From: Amphiscolops sp. MND2022
Lineage: Eukaryota
Length of the DNA: 64,000 nt
Assembly (NCBI GenBank): GCA_964187785.1
Contig: OZ076415.1
Span: 64,790,001-64,854,000 of the forward strand
Direction: 5' to 3'
Under the pieces are notes generated by a model. It was not told where the DNA came from. It saw only the letters and a program-made list of their open reading frames with translations, and ran no database searches. Shown here piece by piece: positions 51,201 through 57,200 of the stretch. The position numbers and the translations under genes were made by a program. Position 1 is the stretch's first letter. The number at the start of each line of letters is the position of its first letter.

Positions 51201-54200
51201 TCGATTGACGTCTTCTCTCCTTTCTGTTCATGCTGCTCAATCTCTGCTTTCAACTTGCAGGCATGGTCAAGTTTCGCTCCAAATTTGGTTCTGCTGAGAA
51301 ACACGGGGACGCTGAGGGCCAGAGCAGTTGTGGTATCCAGGTCCAAGATACTCGCGATGTCTTCTTCAGCAGGCAAAGCAGTGGGGAGAACAACGCGCTT
51401 AGCCAATTTGCGAAGGTAGAGACAAAGCTGTCGGAAGGAGTAGAAGGCCCTGTCTCGCCGGCCACTGAGACTGAGTGAGAAGTTGGTGGTGTCTGAAACA
51501 GTGAATCAACCATGAAACCAGATTATGCCTTAAAAGACCTATGGTCCCATTGTCGTAACTAGGACTAAGAGGATTTATTTTGGGACAGTCAAGCTTAGAT
51601 TGGAAATTCGACAAGGCGCAGCCCAGTTCCAGTCAGATGCATCCTATTGAATTATTATGAAGCCATGTGGAAACCAATGTGCAAGGAGAATTAGAGTACT
51701 AACAATCGCGGACAAGCTTCCCAAAGAACTCAAGTCTGCAAGGAAAGAAGTCATCGTGAATGATAGATCGTTCGAAGTTTTGGGGCTGAAAAGAAATGAA
51801 AGCCATCGAGATTTGCCCTACTAGGGACTATGAGTCTAGCTGTCGCAAATTGACCAACCTGGTGTCTGACTCCCTGCATTTGCTGTTGAGGTGAATGCTC
51901 GGAAAGGTAGGTGATCACCGTTTTCCAGTTAGCCATCAACTCCTGACACAATTTTGGGATTGTGGACACGTCAAGCTTGCAAGTTTTAGTGGCCTAAATT
52001 GAAAACCCCACGTCAAACCGGACCAAGCTTCGGGCGGTACTAGGCACGTAGACTGAGGGACTTACCTTAGTCAACTCAGGGGTGAAGAGAGTCCATTCCA
52101 TCTCTAGACTTCCACTCAGGCAGACAACCAAGTACTGTAACACTGAAAAGAAGTCAATGCGTCCAAACACGGAGAAACTGTCTTTGTGCATCAACTTCTT
52201 GATCGCAATCTCGTCGAAAGTAGTTGGTCGCTGTACCCCACGTCTGGTGAGTGGGGACCGATCTAACAGATGGACTAGGCCATATGTAGCCCCAGAGCAG
52301 CACACTAGATCAGCCTCAGCAGATATCGCTGCAAGAAGGGTAGACACAAGGCTGACTTCGGCTGATGTTTGTCCACTGGCCCTGCCGGTTCGCAGTAAGT
52401 AGACCCGGCACAATTTGTCAGCTTTCCAGAACCTGACGTGAAGCAAGAGGAAAACCCCCTGTGGTTCGAATTCTACAGAGAATTGTCCGGACGTCAGGAT
52501 ATCATTGCCAATGATTGGAATGATTTGTGTGAATAGATGATGGAACAACACCTTAAACACATCTTTAGATTAGTACGAACCGGAACATGTGCCCACTCAA
52601 GAACTATTGTTCAAATCATGGACTGTGACTTATCAAATCTAGTCAAGCTTGCATGATATAGGGATAGGACTAGAAGTCAATCAGACGTGAAGAGACTACT
52701 TACTGAGAGTCTAGTTGTGCTCCAGTCGATATCACTGGTGATGGCCTGATGATTCAGTGCAATGCCAATTTGTTGCCAGAGACCACGCAGGACTTGGACG
52801 TCTCCAGACAATGGTAAGAAACAGCCGAGCACAGAAATTTGCAGTCTGGCACGATTTTGCGGTGACGATGCCATATAATCCACGCCTGCCATTGCCTCGT
52901 CGTAGAATGGCAACTTCTCCCCAATGTCTACTAGTTCGCAGTTAATGAAGTGAGGCAGTTCCAGCTGGAGTTGATAATTGGAGAGCACTTTACCATCTTG
53001 ACCTCTCACTTGGTATCTGCGTCGCTTAGTAAGGGGGTCTTCAATAGTGAGGTACTCATACCTCCAGCGCTGATCTTTACGCAGATGACGCTCCGTCGCG
53101 AAATGTCGCAGGATTTCCTTTGGACCCTTTGCACGGATTGAGACATTGCACTTGCAGATCTGGCAGTAGATCTTGTGCTTGTTCCATTTCGGATCAACTG
53201 GCCCAGACACGAAAGTTCTAGTCCAAGGCATTGTCTCGAAGTACTCCTCCTTCATCACTCGGCCTATTCGTCTCCTGGGTCGTGCTTGGCCCCTAGGTCG
53301 AGTGCGAGATGAAGTTTGTCTCCGGGCTTGGCGTTGCTCGTTAATAGCCTCCTGTCTCACGTTGGCGAGGGTTTGAGCCCCAGGGCTGGACACGGCAGGA
53401 GAATGTGGGTCAGTCTCTAAGTCTACCTGTTGATTGCTGGCAGTGGTCGGAGGAGCAGGCATCGCTACACTTGATTGGAAGTCCGGTTGGGATTCAGCCT
53501 CACTGGTCATGCCTGAACTTGCGCCGCCTCTACGTGTGGAGTAGGTAGCTACGGAATCACTTCCGATATCTGTGTCAGTATCATGGCCAGACATCGAAGG
53601 AACACGCCTTCTAGAAGCAGTTTTTGCAGGACTACCCAAGTTCAATCGGCTCGCCCGTTCCACTACGCTGCTAAGCATCTCAAAAGACGCTCGGGCACTT
53701 TCGTCTGCTACAATTCTGAGGATGCTGGTAATTTGATCCTGATTTAGCGCAATGACAGGGTGTCCTGGATCAAGGCAGATAGGGTTTGTTTCTGTGAAAC
53801 ATTGTTTGATGATAACCCTGCTGGTACCTGACAACGGTGGCGGATCAGTGATGGGTGGCAAATCGGCAACGTTTGAATCATGACTAGATTCATCGCGGCA
53901 AGAAATCTCACGAACCTTTGCCGGGCAATACAGCGCTTGTCCCAAGGTAGACCTAGCCATAGATCCGGTGTCGGTCTCCATCTCAAAGCAAGAGTCTTCA
54001 TCTGTTTGGTACCGGTAGTCCATTGGCCCTTTGCTGACTTGCGGATCACCAGACCCAGAAGCATCGATCTCTTGTCTCTCTTCCTGTGCTCCTTGAAGGT
54101 TGGGAGTAACTTGCGGCTCCTCAAGGACTTGTTCCACTAGCCCTATGTTAGCAGGCTGAGACGGGCCCTCAGTGGTAGTAGCAACAACCCCGACTTCAGG

Positions 54201-57200
54201 ATTAGATGCCATCAGGCTTTGGTCAACTACTTTGCTTGCTGACGTAAGGTCCTGTCTTCCGATGGTGGTGTTATTCGTCCCTTCTTGCGAATCGGATTTG
54301 TCCAGGAAGACGACTCTAGGGACGCTTTCTGTAAGTTGGACTTCGGGGATCATCTCATTCAGCGCAGGAGTAACAGCAACCAACTCACTCACACTTGACT
54401 TTGCCTCAACAGGAATCTCAGTTGCACGACTAGCGGGATCTTGCTCAGCGCTCTCAAGCAACTCAGCTGTACGCCTGATGTAGGCTTCGCAGCTTTCAGT
54501 GTCCGTATTGGAAGACAGCTCAACTATAGATCTTATGTCCGTTGGCGACCCTCTGTTCTCAGACTCTAACATCTGTCCAACTGTTGGGGAGTCAATTTCC
54601 ATCTGTTCGGTGACGTTTTGTTCTGGTTGGCCGTCCATTTCTTTGCCTAAACGGAAAGAAATAAATTTTCGCGATCCACTTCCGTTAAAGAAATCCATCT
54701 TATCGCGTTTGAAAGACTTTCGAAAGCAAGCTTATTATTTGTTCATACCTATGGTTGAATATTTCACGATGGAGGAAGTGAAAACTAGTCAATGGGAAGC
54801 CCTGATCAAGCTCGAAATTGACAAAATAAGTTGAAAGAACCAACCTGATGTTTATCCAAATGGAGAACAGAATTGGTGGAGCAAGACGTGGCTGACTGAA
54901 AGGATTCTTGGTCTGTCCGAATCGGAGTAGTGACGCGAAGGATGAGCAGACTGAAACAAAGTCGTAAGACGGCGGATACTGTTGGAAGGGTGACCTATGC
55001 CAATTAGACTGCTAGTCCAATTAGTAGAATCTCGAGGAATGAACAACTTTGGACGGGAGTACTGTCAACAAGTTGGAATACTCGTAGAAGAATAGTTCAA
55101 TGTTGTCTAGGAGAAACAAGAAGGGTGAACTAGATGAAGAATTCTGAACCGAGATTGAAGTCTCAAAAGTGGACTCTACGTCGATCTAGGGACAATTAGA
55201 CCAGTAGTCCTGGAAACGAAGTCCAACGAGAAGATGTAACTAGAAGAACTATCCAAGCAGGAAATATTTTGTGCAGATTTGGGGATCTAAAACTGCTGTT
55301 GAATGATAGAATTAGAATTGGGAATGCAAAATGTAACAAAGGATTAACAATTTGAAAGTCGTACTGTGAACTGTGAAAATTAGCAAACTGGTTTACTATG
55401 CTTTACGGCAATTAGACTGAAAGTCTCACTTACAAGTTTTACTTCTTACCGTTCAACTTGACTCTCAAGACTGATTATTACTCAATCGTATTTTACGTTT
55501 ATTTCATTTACATCAAAGGACGTCGTGGCAAAATACAAGTCATTTATTATTACCAAAGCTATTAGCTCTTTTAATTACCTATACACTATGATCTTCAGTG
55601 TTACAGAACCTGCCAGTGATGTACATTCAGCAATCATTTCTTTTCCATTCCTTTGTTCCAGTATTAGAGTTACCATCATTACCATTATTAATTTCATCCA
55701 TTTATGCCATTTTACCATTTTCATTCAAATTCATTCAGAATTATTTATTCATTTATCAACACGCTCTGATTGGACAGTTGGTCTTTGCTAGCCGCTGAGA
55801 CCGACGGTCTTTGATGACACTTCACTAGTGTTAATGAGTGATGATAAACAATCTCATCACCCATTGTCACCTCTTCAATAGTTAATACAACCACTTGAGA
55901 TCAAACTCAAGCACTTATCAACTTTACAAGCGGCTGATCATCAAAACGAAATTGAGAAGGGAACCCGCTTAATAAGGAAATGTTAAGAAACCAAAGAGGG
56001 CTGCAGGGAAACTTTCCCTAACTTATTTTCCCGCGAATTTTCGACCCTCTGACCTAAGGTCGATCAGCCCGAGGTAGCCATTCTTCTGAATCTCAATCTA
56101 CAAATCAGCAGCTCACTTTCATACTCAAGAATTGCTAAGAAAATCTTACTAAAGAGATTTCAAACAGATATGTCTCTACAATTTGCAGTAGAAGATTTAA
56201 TTAGCCCCTTGGTTAGCCTGTCTTATCTATCCTCAGAGGAAGAAGACATGGACGTGGACGATCCACAAAAAGCCCCAGACGAGAAAGGTTATGACAGCGA
56301 CATAGAAGTGATCGCCTGTTACAGCGAGGCTCAGTCCACTCGACCATTGGGGATAGCGGGACGTGCCATGACCACTGAATTCACGGACGATGATGACTTA
56401 ACGCTACTGGAGGAATTGTATGGCAGGTCAATAAAGACGGACACAGAGCCCCCTAGCGACCTTGTAGACCAGATATTGGGCATTCACCCTCCTAGCTATT
56501 CCAGAAGACTCAGTCAGGAGCGACCCATTGCTGAGTGTGCAAGAATTAGCCCAATTCCAGACACCCCACTATCTCCACCTCCGCACGAGCAAGGGTGTAA
56601 TGTCAATAACGCTGGCAACCCGTGGTCAGATGATGACTTCCCTTATCAGCCCAAGAACGCACATATTACTGGGATTGCCATAAGCAACAGCGGGGTGTGT
56701 GGGCTGCCGAACCAAGTCGCCTTTGGGGACTGCATAGTGTGTGGGAAGTCTTTTGAAACAATACGAGAGGAGATCACCTTCAATTTTTTGGAGCAGACTC
56801 ACCTCGTGGGTGAGACGTACAATACCCGACTCAGACGAAGAAACGCCTTTCAGGCAGGAATGCTTGCAGGCTCGTTTACTGTCATCCCCCGGGGAGTGTC
56901 GCAGGCTGCCGCCTGTGATGGAAACAGCTACCAAGTGATGGTGAATGAGAACGACCTGAGATATATGCCAGGAACACTGCCACTTTAGGCCGCGTATACC
57001 GCTGATCTGCTGGGAAACTTAGTGCAAGACTTCTATTTTTTTTCACAAACAATTAGAATGTGAATTTATGCTATTACGGACCGAAGGTCCACTGGTCTTA
57101 GTGTGACTTGTAGTACCAATTGCATTTTAGTATTCATTACATAGATATAGCATTCATTGTATTCTGTTTGTTGATTTTATACGCTGCGCATGTACACTTT

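Noticed and set aside
50348-54698. Antisense gene as an independent nested hAT transposon
   Set aside because: No TIRs or 8-bp TSD noticed around it and catalytic residues appear lost; final exclusion needs comparison with other copies.
44099-54834. Numerous 60-130 aa ORFs opposite gag, pol and the antisense gene
   Set aside because: Shadow frames of real coding sequence with no independent motifs.
56170-56988. ORF3 as an env gene
   Set aside because: No signal peptide, furin site or transmembrane anchor visible; composition is acidic and disordered.
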